Positions 1-13,300 of a stretch of 34,607 nucleotides of DNA are shown here, one piece after another. Both the position numbers and the translations under genes were made by a program. The stretch covers positions 1 to 34,607 of the forward strand of contig PS015032.1 in NCBI GenBank assembly GCA_048213135.1, in the 5' to 3' direction. Under the pieces are notes generated by a model that worked only from the letters and a program-made list of their open reading frames with translations, did no database searches and was not told where the DNA came from. The stretch comes from Reclinomonas americana ATCC 50394 (lineage: Eukaryota). Every line of letters begins with the position of its first letter. Position 1 is the first letter of the stretch.

Positions 1-978
1 CTGCCCTCAACTCCAGCCGCCTGCAGCACCTTTACCGTGTCAATGCCAACAAGGCTTTCCAGCGTGTCAACAACGAGTTCGAGGCCGAGCGTGGCAAGTG
101 CGCCAACATCCGCTACTCTGGCTCGGTCGACGACACTGTGTCTTTCTACCAGCAACTTACGGCCGCCGTCGACAACCCACCGACTGACTGGCCCGACCTT
201 CAAGATCTCGGCATCGACAGCGAGGCCGACTTCCGCATGCCTGACGTTCAACACACCTTGGCCGCCCAAGAGTNNNNNNNNNNNNNNNNNNNNNNNNNNN
301 NNNNNNNNNNNNNNNNNNNNNNNNNNNNNNNNNNNNNNNNNNNNNNNNNNNNNNNNNNNNNNNNNNNNNNNNNNNNNNNNNNNNNNNNNNNNNNNNNNNN
401 NNNNNNNNNNNNNNNNNNNNNNNNNNNNNNNNNNNNNNNNNNNNNNNNNNNNNNNNNNNNNNNNNNNNNNNNNNNNNNNNNNNNNNNNNNNNNNNNNNNN
501 NNNNNNNNNNNNNNNNNNNNNNNNNNNNNNNNNNNNNNNNNNNNNNNNNNNNNNNNNNNNNNNNNNNNNNNNNNNNNNNNNNNNNNNNNNNNNNNNNNNN
601 NNNNNNNNNNNNNNNNNNNNNNNNNNNNNNNNNNNNNNNNNNNNNNNNNNNNNNNNNNNNNNNNNNNNNNNNNNNNNNNNNNNNNNNNNNNNNNNNNNNN
701 NNNNNNNNNNNNNNNNNNNNNNNNNNNNNNNNNNNNNNNNNNNNNNNNNNNNNNNNNNNNNNNNNNNNNNNNNNNNNNNNNNNNNNNNNNNNNNNNNNNN
801 NNNNNNNNNNNNNNNNNNNNNNNNNNNNNNNNNNNNNNNNNNNNNNNNNNNNNNNNNNNNNNNNNNNNNNNNNNNNNNNNNNNNNNNNNNNNNNNNNNNN
901 NNNNNNNNNNNNNNNNNNNNNNNNNNNNNNNNNNNNNNNNNNNNNNNNNNNNNNNNNNNNNNNNNNNNNNNNNNNNCT

Positions 979-2761
979 CCACTCTGCAACACCCCAATGG
1001 TCACTGTGTCGAATGTTCAGAAACTGCTGAAGTCGCTCCACAAGGCGGTGGCGACTGGCTTGGATGGCGTGCCGTACGAGGTCTTCCAGTACTTTGCCGA
1101 CCGCAAGGGCGACACTGAGGTAATGGGCTGGGTTGACATGGTGGCTGACATCATCCGGATCCAGATTGCTCTGTGGTCCTGCCGTTCGCCGCACTCCATC
1201 CGCATGCGCCGCATCATTCACATCTGGAAGGGCAAGGGCGACAACGCCAACGACACCGACAACCTCGACCAGTTCCGCCCCATCTCGCTGCAAGTGGCAC
1301 TGTACAAGATCATCAACCTCTACTTCCTCCGCAACGTCCTCCAGCCGATTGCGCACATGGTCGACCTGTTCTGCGACGAGCAGCAAGGCTTCCGCTTCGG
1401 CTCCGACGGCTGCCTGCAACACCACTTTGTCGGTCAGCGTGTGATCGACGATTTCTGCGACAACATCAACCATTACGGTTCCCTCAGCCCTATTCCAACT
1501 CCCAACCCAGCCGACCAAGACAACTGCCTGGTGGTCCTCAAGCTTGACAGCAAGCGCGCTTACGACAGTGTTCCCCCCGCTCTTGTTCGTTTTGTGCTTG
1601 AGAAGATGCGCTTCCCCCTTTACATCACGCAGTATTTGATGGACTGGATCGAGTTCCAGCCTTTCGTGGCATCCCTCGACAACTTTCAGGTGACACCTGT
1701 CATGTTGTCTGCTCGGGGTGTTCCGCAGGGTGATGTCCTCAGTCCTTTTGTCTACAATGCCATGGCATCTGTGTTCATTCGTGGCGTCCGCGCCCTTCGT
1801 GTTGGTTACTCTTTCTGTGATTCCGCCATTCGTGTGTGTGTTTCTGCCTTTGCCGATGATCGTCACGTGGTGGTGTCTTCCGTTCGTGAGGCGCGCAGCT
1901 GGTCCTGGATCTGTCCAAGCGTTTGCCCGAGTGGTCTCGCATCGCCGACAACCCGCAGAAGTCATTGGTGTTGGCTCTGGCCATGGTCCGATGCTGGCGC
2001 AGAACTTTGTGGCGGAGGAGTTCGATCCCGAGCTGCTGATGGCTGGCACTGCGTTGCGATCCATGTCATCTGTCACTGAGTGCGAGCGTTGGCACCTTGG
2101 CTACCCGTTCTACTCACCGACTCGTACAAGTGAGGCGATGAAGCAAGTGGCGGAGATGCTAGCGCTGGAGAAGCAGCTCTTCACTCCGATCAAGGCCATC
2201 AAGCAGTCGTCGCTGTTGCCGCTCCAGAAGGTGGATGTCGTTCGCCGCTTCGTCCTCACCAAGGCCACCTTTGTCATTTCGGCCGTGGAGCTTCAGCCGG
2301 AAGTGCTCCGCAGATTCGACTGCAAGATCCGCGACAGCATCCGACTCTGCCTTGGCCTCGGCAACGACTCCGGCACACCCTTCCTCTACACTCCGCTGTC
2401 GAAAGGTGGTCTCGGCCTGTACTCTGTGGTGGAGCGAGCGGCCTCTCTGTTGATCAACTCGAGCTCGAGCTCGGCGGTGAAGCTGTTGACACACCGCCGT
2501 CCGCTGACTCGCCGTGTGGCGGAGCACATGCTTCACTGCTCGGTGAAGGCGGCCGGTGGTCGTGTTGACGACTTCTCGCCGTTGCCGACTGCTGGTTTGG
2601 TGGCCAAGTACCGGCCGGGGCAGACGAACGAGGTCACAGACGTCAATCGCCAGCAGCTGCCAGTTGCCACGCCACAGCGGTATTTCTCTGTGTTGCTGTC
2701 CTCCGGCTGGTGCTGCTGCGGTTGCTCCTGGTGCAGGTACCCGGTTCCAAGTGGCCACTGA
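979..2761 (+). pseudogene. Reverse transcriptase and thumb of the retrotransposon, frameshifted
   Basis: ATGLDGVPY, FRPISLQVALYKI, QQGFRFGSDGCLQH, LDSKRAYDSV, GVPQGDVLSPFVYN, AFADD. Several frame changes near 1890-1985 (reconstructs to EWSRIAxNPQKS), then SLLPLQKVDVVRRF and LSKGGLGL in another frame. Confidence 0.9.
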
Positions 2762-3129
2762 TCATGATCCGAATGATCCTCGCCGCGCTGTTCGCTNNNN
2801 NNNNNNNNNNNNNNNNNNNNNNNNNNNNNNNNNNNNNNNNNNNNNNNNNNNNNNNNNNNNNNNNNNNNNNNNNNNNNNNNNNNNNNNNNNNNNNNNNNNN
2901 NNNNNNNNNNNNNNNNNNNNNNNNNNNNNNNNNNNNNNNNNNNNNNNNNNNNNNNNNNNNNNNNNNNNNNNNNNNNNNNNNNNNNNNNNNNNNNNNNNNN
3001 NNNNNNNNNNNNNNNNNNNNNNNNNNNNNNNNNNNNNNNNNNNNNNNNNNNNNNNNNNNNNNNNNNNNNNNNNNNNNNNNNNNNNNNNNNNNNNNNNNNN
3101 NNNNNNNNNNNNNNNNNNNNNNNNNNNNN

Positions 3130-4040
3130 CATACTTCTACTCCAAGAGCCACATTGTGAGCTGGAAGGCCTTGCAGAAGTGTGGTGCCTTTGTCGACTTT
3201 CTGCAGAAGGCTGCTGCTGGAACCCATGACGTGGTGGCTCAGGGCAACAGCATCACCGAGAAGGAGCAGCGCTTCCTGTGCAAGATGCGGACCAACTCCG
3301 TCATGCTCAACAACAAGGCGGCGGTCTTCAACGGCAACCCTGGTGGCCCTGCCTCGCTGTGCCCACTCTGTGGCAAGGAGTCGGAGTCGCTCGGTCACTT
3401 GCTCAACGGCTGTGAAAAGCTGAAGGGCTTGTGGACGACGCGCCACGACAACGTGCTCGACGTCCTTCAAGCGGCTCTGGTGCGGCGCCCCAAGGTGGAC
3501 GGTGTGGCGTGCCAGCTGGTGCGCGAGTGTGTCGACGCCGACCTGCTGCCAGCGCCGGTGGACTTTGCCGACCACGCCAACCTGGCCAGGCTCAAGCCGG
3601 ACTTCACCCTGGTTCATACCAGAGAGGGGACTGGTGAGATCTGCTTGGTCCAGGTGGTGGAGCTGACGTGCCCCTTCGCCAACGAAGACTCGGTCAAGAC
3701 TGCTGTCAACGGCAAGAAGGCCAAGTACGAGTCGTTGGTCAAGGCCATCAAGCAGAAGGTCGGCGATCAGGCCAAGGTCGAGCTGGTGGTGCTCCCTGTG
3801 ACCTCGATTGGCACGGCATCGGCCTTGGTTTCGACTGGCCTCCGTCGTCTCGGCGTGCGCAACGTCCGACAGTGCATCTCGCCATTGCACGACAAACTTA
3901 CGTACAAGTTACTCGATGTTTGTCCAACGATGCAAGGGAGTGGGTGGTACACAGGTTCAGGCTGGAGTGCAAGCATTCCCTGCTGGTGTGGTGTGAGAGA
4001 AGTAACAGTTTCCCAATGCTTGCCCCACTGTTCTTCTTGA
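3130..4040 (+). pseudogene. CCHC zinc knuckle and PD-(D/E)xK restriction-like endonuclease of the retrotransposon
   Basis: CPLCGKESESLGHLLNGC, TRHDNVL, LKPDFTLV...VVELTCPFANED...KKAKYESL, LPVTSIG; reading looks degenerate after about 3930. Confidence 0.88.
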
Positions 4041-4338
4041 TATGATCAATTTCTCTTTGTCTTCTTCGTAGTTACTGCGATGGACGTCTTCTGGTGGTCA
4101 CTGCTGACGAAGTCTTCTTCCTGGCCTGGAGGCCGTGTGCACGTGTCCTGAATAGGGCTTTATTCTCAACATCGACAACACACTTAAAACAGTTTTAGTT
4201 ATAGAAGGAAAGCACACGAGACTTGTTGGCGATCACTGGTAGATGCTCATTGTTGTGTATGTATATAATAGAAACGATCAGTGAAGTTTCTATTATATAA
4301 AGTCAAGAAACAACGATTGTTTAGGCAAAACACCCACG

Positions 4339-7300
4339 TCACTCCTCTTCTTGCGGCGCGCGGGCCTCTGATCGCTCTGCTGAGCTTAGCAAGGGCTGCC
4401 CGAGTGAACCGGGTGTGATAGGGAAGGCAGAAAACATGAACGAGCTAATGCGCCGAGATCGGCTGTTCTCGTCTGATCGCCGCTGTTGCGCTGGTGTCGG
4501 TATCCGATCGCCAAGCAACCCACCGCCCGTGATGGGGAAGGGAGGAGGTCGAGGTGTGCGCTGGCGGCCGCCGCCGCCGACTATTGTGCTCGATCGCCTC
4601 GACCCGGCGCTATCGTCGTCATTAATGCTTGAGCCTGATCGCGAGTGCACATCTTGCATCTCCACTGCCCCGTCGTTACTGTTGGTTTCCTCGTCGGCTT
4701 CGTGCGTTCCGACACGTGAGTCTGTGACGCATGTGTGACTGGTGAGAACAAAGCCGAGAACGTCTTCTGCACGTGCATGCTTGGCGCTACCAGCTGCGTC
4801 TGTGTCGGACCCGGAGGTATCGCCATCGTCTGTATTGTGCCGTCGGCGCTGGCTCCGCCGAATACATCGACGACGGAAGCACGCGAAAAAGGCTCGAACA
4901 AAACGCACGGCGATGGGCAAGGCCAATAGCACGGCTGTCAACACGAGCACCGCGATCGACATGTAAAGCTTGAAGCTTTCGTCCACTCGAGAAGCAAAGA
5001 TCGTCGCAATGATAACCAGTCCACCGAGACCTACGGCCTGTGTGACAATCGAGTGAAATACAAGCGCTGGTGAACGCGCAAACGAGTCAGGTGGCACACA
5101 CAGGCTTTACCTCCAGTGTGTTGTTGTTGATAAACTTGGCATACAAGCGGTTCTCGAAGTCGTACGTGTGCTGTTTCTTCTCATAGGGCCGCACGAAGAG
5201 GTGGACGGCTAAAAACGCCACGCAAATGGCCCACAGCGCCATCGGAAGTGAGTCCAGGTATCCACGAGCTGCCAACGGATACAGGGTTCCCAGCAGCATG
5301 AATCGACGACTCAGTTGATACGCTGTGCATGTCGTCAGAGAGAGAGAGAGAGAGTAATACACATAGAAGGCCCACAAACCTTGAAACCACACCACCGAAG
5401 GCCGATACTGTTCGTATAACGAACCGAAGATACGCATCGGCTGTGCATGATATCGATGCGCAGGGGGTAAAAAGAAAGTTGATTGATTGTAGCCACCTTC
5501 GTCCGCCAGTGTGCTGCATGCAGCAGGAACGCACCTTCTCGTCACTCAGCCGTCTCTGTCGTCGCAATCGAATCGTCCACCAGGCGATGAGAAAAGGCAC
5601 GGATACGGTTACGACGAGAAGGACACAGAATAACGGCAGCAACTGCAACCATCTGCGATTGCGTTCGTAAAGCGCGTACGTGTGGGCTCGAGGGCAAACC
5701 TAGTAAAGCACACATGGCGGCAACTGCACGCAACTCTCCCTCGAAACACACAATACTGGGGGAGAAGAGCACAACCTTGCTCTCACCCACCGGTGCGCAA
5801 GTGAAGAACAAGATGGCATTCTCCGCCTGGCCTTCGTACGCCGCAAGCAGCACGATGACCGTGGTTACCAGATATCCAAACGGCGATGACGAGCTGACTA
5901 ACCAGCGCACAAACCGGCGCCACAAGAAACGTCGTACCACCCGATGATGCAGGCGAGTGTCGCAAGCGCACCAGCGTCGCAGACTGAGGGCGATCAGCCG
6001 ATGTGCAGCAAATGTGGCCCACAGCAGCGCCAAGTAGACGAAAGGCCAGATGGTCCTTGCCACGAGGTCACCCGCGGCACTGAGATCGAACGGGCAACCG
6101 ACGTCGAAAAACTGCGGCACCGAAAGCTTGAGCAAACGCTCTAACTGGAGAAGTTCCACGTTGGGGTAAAACAGGAGCGTGGCCGTCTGAAGCGTGAAGA
6201 TGATCATCTCGGCGGACTCTATGCAAATGACCGCAGCGAGAGATTTCAGCACAGCGTGAGTACCACGAGCAGACGATGCATTAGCAACGCCACCTCCTGC
6301 TCCGCCCACTTGAAAGAACGCATGCACGCCCATCACGTAGAGCCACATACGGCCAAAGGTGGCCAGCCGCGCGACACCCGTGGTGCCATTCCTGCAATCG
6401 ATACAGTCGTTCTGCCAGTACGAAAAGCCCTCCTGAGAGTTGCAAAACGTGAGAAAAGCGAGTACTGACAGTCACGACGCCACCAACAAGCAGACCGAGC
6501 AGGCACCACAGAGTGGCGACCTGGGCTCCCGATTGGAGTCATTTTTACAGTAGTTCGCACCGCTCTCGAACCTTGTCGAGTGAATCCCATTTGCCGGAAT
6601 CGGAGGGCGCTCGCAAAAGTCGTAGGGACAGGTGTACGTGGTAACATCGCCACTAGCTGGCGGCTTAATTTCCGTTCCATTCGTTCCGCGAGAAAGAACC
6701 GGTTCAATCATCCACTGCGACGACACGGGGAACGTCCAGTGACCGGACTTGACAAACAGAGAGTCGCCGCCAAAACAAGCCATATTTGACGGGCAGGCGT
6801 GGCACTGTTGACCAAACGCCGGCAGCGAGTACTTGCCCTCCGGGCACGCCTGACACCCCTCCTTGTCGACGTAATACAGGCCAGCTGGACAAGCAGACAC
6901 AGCAACTTGCACGGTTGGAGTGGACCCGACAAACTTGTAACCGGTGCTCATGGTGACTTGGATGCTGACCTGTGTTGGTGAACCAGTGGCGAACGCGTAC
7001 GGAGCCAGGTAGCTGTGCGTTCGCCCGGCAGTGACAGGTGATGATGATGGTGAAGCGCCGTCGCCACCCATGGCCACCACATAGAGCGGAAACGTAGCAA
7101 CTCCGTTCTCTGTGGCCCGTCTCATTTCCTGCGCACAACATGCAGCAAATGCATTTTCGCGTCAGTGCCGGCACCACCTCAAAGTGAAAACAACAGCAAC
7201 TCTGCTCACGCTTGGACTGCAAGAGCTGCAGTTGACCACAAACACTGTCTGGTCCAGCGTGGCCATGACCTGATTGAACACGTCGGTTGCGTTCACAACC

Positions 7301-10300
7301 ATCTTCCGCGGTGTTTCATTCGTCGGGTATGTGTCGACGGCGGTAGCAGACCACGCGGGACCGCCCGTTACCGAATACAGGGCTAGCATGTGCGATCAGA
7401 GCTTCGTCCGAAAAAGACATGCATAAGGTCGCCAAAACGCAACTGCTGCCTTTGTCGCCGGACGTTCGATCGGTAGCTCGATTGCCGACAAAGGTGATGT
7501 TTCGTGCCGCAGCAAACGACGTCCACCCATTGGCAATGCGAACGGCATTGCTCAGCGGCTCTAACAGAGCAGGATCTCCGTTCCCATTCCAGAAAATGCC
7601 GCCTCCGCTGCCTTCACCGTTGGTGTTGACGGCGCCCTCGTGGGCAAAAGCCCTGTTCTGTCGGAATTCGACGTTTCGCAGCAGCACAGCTGCCGAGTAA
7701 TCTACAGGAGGTGGTGTGTCGGCAATGTTGATGACCAGTCCACCACCGCGCCACGAACTTGTGTTGTTATAAAATGAGGTTTGCACGAATGAGGCGAGAG
7801 CGGAGCTGACCGTGGAAGCGCCGCCACCGTCGCTGCTCGTTGCCGTGTTGTTGGCAATAATACACCCCAAACATGAAAATGTGCTGTTGTTCAAGACTGA
7901 CAAGCCACCGCCGCGGGTTGTAGATGCCATGTTTCCCACGATTGTCGTAGAACTGACAGTCACTGTGCTCTGGTCAGCACACGCTAAACCGCCGCCACCC
8001 AGTGCCTCGTTTCCAGTAAGCAGCGCCCCTGTCAGTGTCAACGTAGCGCTCGACTGCACACAGATCGCACCGCCATCGCCACCTTTCACGACGTTTGACT
8101 GCATGACACCACCACTCAATGTGCCGCTGCTTCGATCGGTGAGGTATGCACCACCTCCGTGCAGTGCTGCTGTGCCGTTATTCAGCAAGCTGTTCTTGTT
8201 GGTCCACACTCCGAGACCACGCACAGTCACGTGTCCGCCCGAAGTTTCTGCACTATTGCCGTAAAACTGCGTGCCGATGGTTGTCAAGTTGCCGCGTTTG
8301 TCCACGAAAAAGCCTCCGCCTGCAATCGTCGCGTTGTTGTTCATAACATAGCCCTTGTACAGAACGACCGTGGCACGATCGTCAATGAATACAGCACCGC
8401 CGCTTGCATCCACCGCAGCGTTGTTCATCAACTGAACGTTGATCAGTTCATGTGAGCTCTCTGAACCAGCAAAGATACCGCCGCCGAACAAAGCTGTGTT
8501 GCTGTACACTGTCACATCCGTCCACGAAATGGGTGCGTCACCAGCATCGGTATCGCTATACACGCCGCCACCGAAGGAACCGGCAGAATTTCCGATGATG
8601 TGGGACTGAGCAATGGTGCAGGTCGCGCCGTCGGTGATGTAAACTCCTCCGCCGTGCTCAATGGCACTATTGTTCCGGATGTCTAACTGAACGACAACGA
8701 GGTTCGCCACATCAGCGCGCACCACCAACGCTCCACCATAATGAGCAGTGTTGTTGGTCAACAATGTCGACTGCACTGTTAGTGAAGGGGCGACGTCTAC
8801 CAGTGCAATGCCTCCACCGAAACCACCGCTGCGATTGCCGGCGCTGCGACGAAGGGCCGAGATGTTGCCACAAATGCTCATGTTTCGCAGCATCGCGTCT
8901 GTTCCCATGATGGCGACACCGCCCCCGGCGAACTCCACTTGATTGCCTTCCACGACACAGTCAGTCATGTTTGAGCGAAACCCCACAAGCACGCCACCGC
9001 CAGTGGCAAAGACACCCGTCACGTAGTTCGCCGAAAACGTACTGGAGGTGGCGTTGCTCATCGTATCGAGGAGCAACGCACCGCCTCCTGCTGCTTGACT
9101 GGACGAAGCGGTGGTGCCCGTAAAGACAGCCGAGTTTTGTGCAAAAGTGCAGCCGGACAACTGCACATTCTTGTAGGCCAGCAGGGCCCCTCCACCACAT
9201 TCGTCGCCAGACAGATAGACGTACTGGCCGGTTCCAGCGGCTCCAGGGTCCACCACACGGTTTCCACTGAACGTGCACTGACTGAGAAGTGCATTCTGTG
9301 CGAAGACGGCGCCACCACCATTGCGTCGACTGCCACTGCCGTCGACAACGTTGTCGTTTCCGCCGAGGCCGTCGCGCAGCGAAGTGTTACCAGTGAATGT
9401 GCAGTTCGAGACTGCGAATGCAGAGTTGTTCGAGTCCTGCTTTTTCGCACAAGGGGTGAGACGGCGAAGATGCTCCCCTGTTCCTGCTGTCGATATCCAT
9501 CACGCAACAACACTAGAAGTTGATGGGCCGATCAGAAGCAGCGCACCACCTCCGTTGATGCCCTGAGTTGAGCCGACGTTGGTGTTGTTTCCACCAATGC
9601 CGTTGAACGCGGAAAGATTGCCGTCCAGAACACACTGGTCGATGGTCTGTGTTCGAGTGTGAGTCGGAAAATTACGAGAGTGAGTGAGGAAGAGAGAGAG
9701 AGAGAGACAAACAGAGAGAGGACTCGCAGTGCTCACAAGTGACACGGTGGAATCGGGTGAGGTGTACAGGAGAACGGCTCCACCACCGCTATATGATGCT
9801 GCACTGGAGCCAGATATTCCGTTGTTATTTCCACCGTTGCCTGCATGAAAGAAACCATCACACACTGCTGACGAAACGCTCATGTTCCCACTCAAAACGC
9901 ACTGTTGTGTACAGCGGAGTTTGACCGGAAGGTAGTGCCAGTAATCTAGTGTTGGCTTCAGTGCGACATCATTCAGGGGGTGTAAGGCTCGGAGAAACGC
10001 ACCGAGAACAGAGAGGCCCACGTCGAATTGGTGGCAAGAATCGCACCGCCTCCGTTGGCCAGTGCTTTGGAGTCGCCGAATCCAGTGTTGTTTGAGCCAC
10101 CGATACCGTTGAATGCTGCTCCGTTTCCAGTGAAAACACAATTCGCGATCATCGTCTGCATAACCACACGTACGCGTTGTCAGCGAATATATACAAGCCT
10201 GGTGGTCGCTGCGTCAGTAGAAAACGAAACGCTGTTTGCCATGGGATAGAGCAAAAGCGCTCCACCGCCATTGTATCCGACACCTAGATTGCTGCCGTCT

Positions 10301-13300
10301 GATCCGCCGTTGCCTCCATTCGCATTACCATTTGCGACGTTACCGCTAAATGTTGAGTTGTTGACTAAGATCTGCATCGTACGTAGTGACAGGCCTATAT
10401 CAATAGATAGTGTTAAAGGGGAGGCCCTGCAACACAAACCTGGTAGCCGACGCTTGCGCGCTGAATACTAATTGCACCACCGCCAGCTCTGCCTCCGTTG
10501 ACGACGCGAGAGATGCCTGAACTCGAAAGGCAGCCTCCTAATGCAGGGATGAGAACAAGGATTCGGCAAACTCTACAGAAAGTTTGAGCAGCATCACGGA
10601 CCAGCACTGCCGTTGCCGTTCGCTTGATTGCCCGAAAAGCTTGTGTCGTTAACTACCACGACTCCGCCTCCCTGTTCCTGCTATGATTAGTTGTATCTGT
10701 ACAGTCTACACACGACCGACACGCTCGCGTGGTCCAACAGACCGAACTCAGTCGCAGCAATAGCGCTCCACCTCCACTTCCGAGGCTGTTGATGGTCGAG
10801 TCTCCCAGAGAGCAGTTCCCTTTGTGAATAGTGCGATCATGAGATGAATGGCGGCATGACACAAAGCAATAACGTTAACGCCCCACCACTCAGCCCGTTT
10901 CTGTTGGCAATGTTCGCGATAAATGAGGCTTGTTGCACAAGAATAACTTGGGATAGCGACTGATGTTGCCGTAAATGAGTCACTAGTCGAGCAATTCCAC
11001 GGAATAGTTACCACAACGTGTTATTACCGATCCAGATGCGCTAATGAGAAAAGCACCGCCACCGTTGTAGTATGAGAAACCCTTTCCATCTCCAGTGTTG
11101 TTGTGTCCTGCCGACAGAACACATCAGAGATCTGAGAAGAGCATTATCAGCTGACGCCGACGGCCTCACACACGAACCACCAACACCGTTCAGGAAAGCC
11201 GCATTATGAGCAAAGGTGCAGTTGCTGATTGTCATCTGCGTGCGTGGAGACTGGATTTCAAACAGAAGGGTTCAAGCTAACATTTGACATGCAGTAGAGC
11301 TTACGAACGGTACTTGTACCGCCTGCAGAGATCAGCGCGGCACCACCACCGTTGTGGTCGCCGAATGACTGATTTGTTCCCTTCTTGTCTGCAGCCGAGT
11401 TGGTATTTCGATTGAACGAGCCTGTAAGTGTAAGAGGTTCTTGTGAGGTTTCGCGCCAGATGGTTTCCGGTAATGGTTAACGTTCGTACCTCCGCAGCCA
11501 CAAGCCTGACTCGTGTTGTTAAGAAACTGAGTGCTGGCAAATGTGGAGGAAATCTGTGTCACGCACGGTAAGCTGCGCGCAGTACAGACGTCAACATGCA
11601 GACCAACATGAGCATGTTTTGACACATACTTTTCCGCTTGCAGAAAGTAAAGTAGCTCCTCCCCCGTTGACACCGCCAGACGACTTAGTCGATAACCCGG
11701 CATAACCGAGGCCTGCATTGTACTTGTTATTGCTTCCTATTATTATTACAGTATTACAGTTAATTAACCACAAGTCAGCAAAGCATCCGGTGACTCTAAG
11801 CTCCATGATTCACCTCCCACTCCACTGTCCAGCACACTATTGTTCGCGAATAAGCTCCCACTTATTGACACAGTCTGCGTCTCATGGTCGTCAACGTAGT
11901 CCAAGTTCTACATGTGGAAGATGTGCCTGCTCACCATGGACGCAAACGATTGTAGCGAAAGAGCGCCGCCTCCATTGTTCGGTCCAATACTCTGAGCATT
12001 GACTTGCGTAGTCTGCGAAGTGAAGTCGTTATTACTCCCTGTACATATATATATCATCAGTGTCGCGAGACCACTGCCACAGTGTGAGCGAATGACACAC
12101 CTCCGTTGCCTACGCGCTCAACAGTGTTATCCAAAAACCGACTTCCTTCAACAGACGTGCTCAGCGTCGACTGTGTGCGTTCGTGTAAGCAACGCTTATG
12201 ATCCTCAGCAACGATCTGGAACGGTTTGTGAACCCCACCGCCACCGACAATGCTAACCACGCCCCTCCTCCATGTCCACCCCCACGGCTGGAAGCGAACG
12301 GAAAACCGGTCGAGTGACCTGAAACAAAATGGCTGTCAGTGAATTCGGGGAGCAGACTGAAAGCAGCACAAATAGCACACCTCCACCATTGCCAGTATCT
12401 TTGGCAGAGTTGCCGACAAATGAAGTGTTGTAGATTGCCTGTGACATCGGCTATGTCGCCCGTACGCGTGGTGGTCAGGTGTCGTCTGCGACTGTGTCCG
12501 CCTTTGGCCATCAACCTTACCGATAGAGACTGGAAGAATGATAGCACTGCTCCGCCACCAGCAAGTACACTCTCCGACTCGATACTAAGTCCGGCTTCGA
12601 GACCAGTTGCATGCGTTCCACCGTTGGCGCAGTCGGACACCGTGTTTTGCGCAAAGTAGTCATCGGTAACCTCCAACGACAGAGTATTTGCGTGGGCCAG
12701 CAATATCAGCGCAAAACAAAGAAGAACCAAGTAAAGTACCTCAACTGATTGTTGAATGGACATAAGAGCTAAGGCACCGCCACCACACGCGAAACACTTC
12801 GTTGAACCACACGTGAAACCCACTGCGAAAGCTGCGTAAGTGACTGTTCCCCCTCCAGCATTGCAGGTGGAGGAGACTGAATTGCCGTCGAACGTGCATC
12901 CAGTCACCTGGCAGCGAATTCACTACAGTTAGCCACCACATCCATCTCACATCATTAGTCGTCAGCCACAATACGATTAGACGGCATACCAGTACTGAGG
13001 CTGCATCTTGCAAGCGAACGGCTCCACCAGAACATCTGTTTCCTGATACGCTACTATACACGAAGGAAGGCCCATTACACATGTCGGTGATGCTATTGGC
13101 TCCAAACGTGCTGTCTTGGAGCTGCTTGCAGACAAAGTGAGTAAGAAGGAGGCGTTTTAGCAGCACCTGCGCCATATCACTTACTCACTAACACTGTCTT
13201 CCGCGTAGCAGCCGAAGACTGAGAAGAGACAGCCCACACCGCACCACCACCACTGTTTACACCGCCCGCGCAATTGTAGATATCAGAGGTACACTCCCCG

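Larger units (their letters stand above)
1..4170 (+). mobile_element. Non-LTR retrotransposon with C-terminal restriction-like endonuclease (R2 group, most like NeSL/Utopia), degenerate, 5' end outside window
   Basis: Intronless, in order: pre-RT helix RLQHLYRVNANKAF (from base 3), RT motifs, thumb ...FLYTPLSKGGLGL, CCHC knuckle, RHD motif, KPD...ELTCPF endonuclease. The 3' boundary is approximate (shift to AT-rich DNA near 4170); no poly(A) tail or TSD identified. Confidence 0.9.

Noticed and set aside
157-3890. Long antisense ORFs over the retrotransposon
   Set aside because: Mirror frames of GC-rich coding sequence extended through N gaps; no recognisable motifs.
4020-4070. U2 snRNA target remnant (CTGTTCTT) after a Utopia-like element
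   Set aside because: Only about 8 nt match; the following U2 stem sequence and Sm site are not recognisable.
4100-4280. Hammerhead ribozyme starting at CTGACGA
   Set aside because: No stem II closed by GAAA at a suitable distance.
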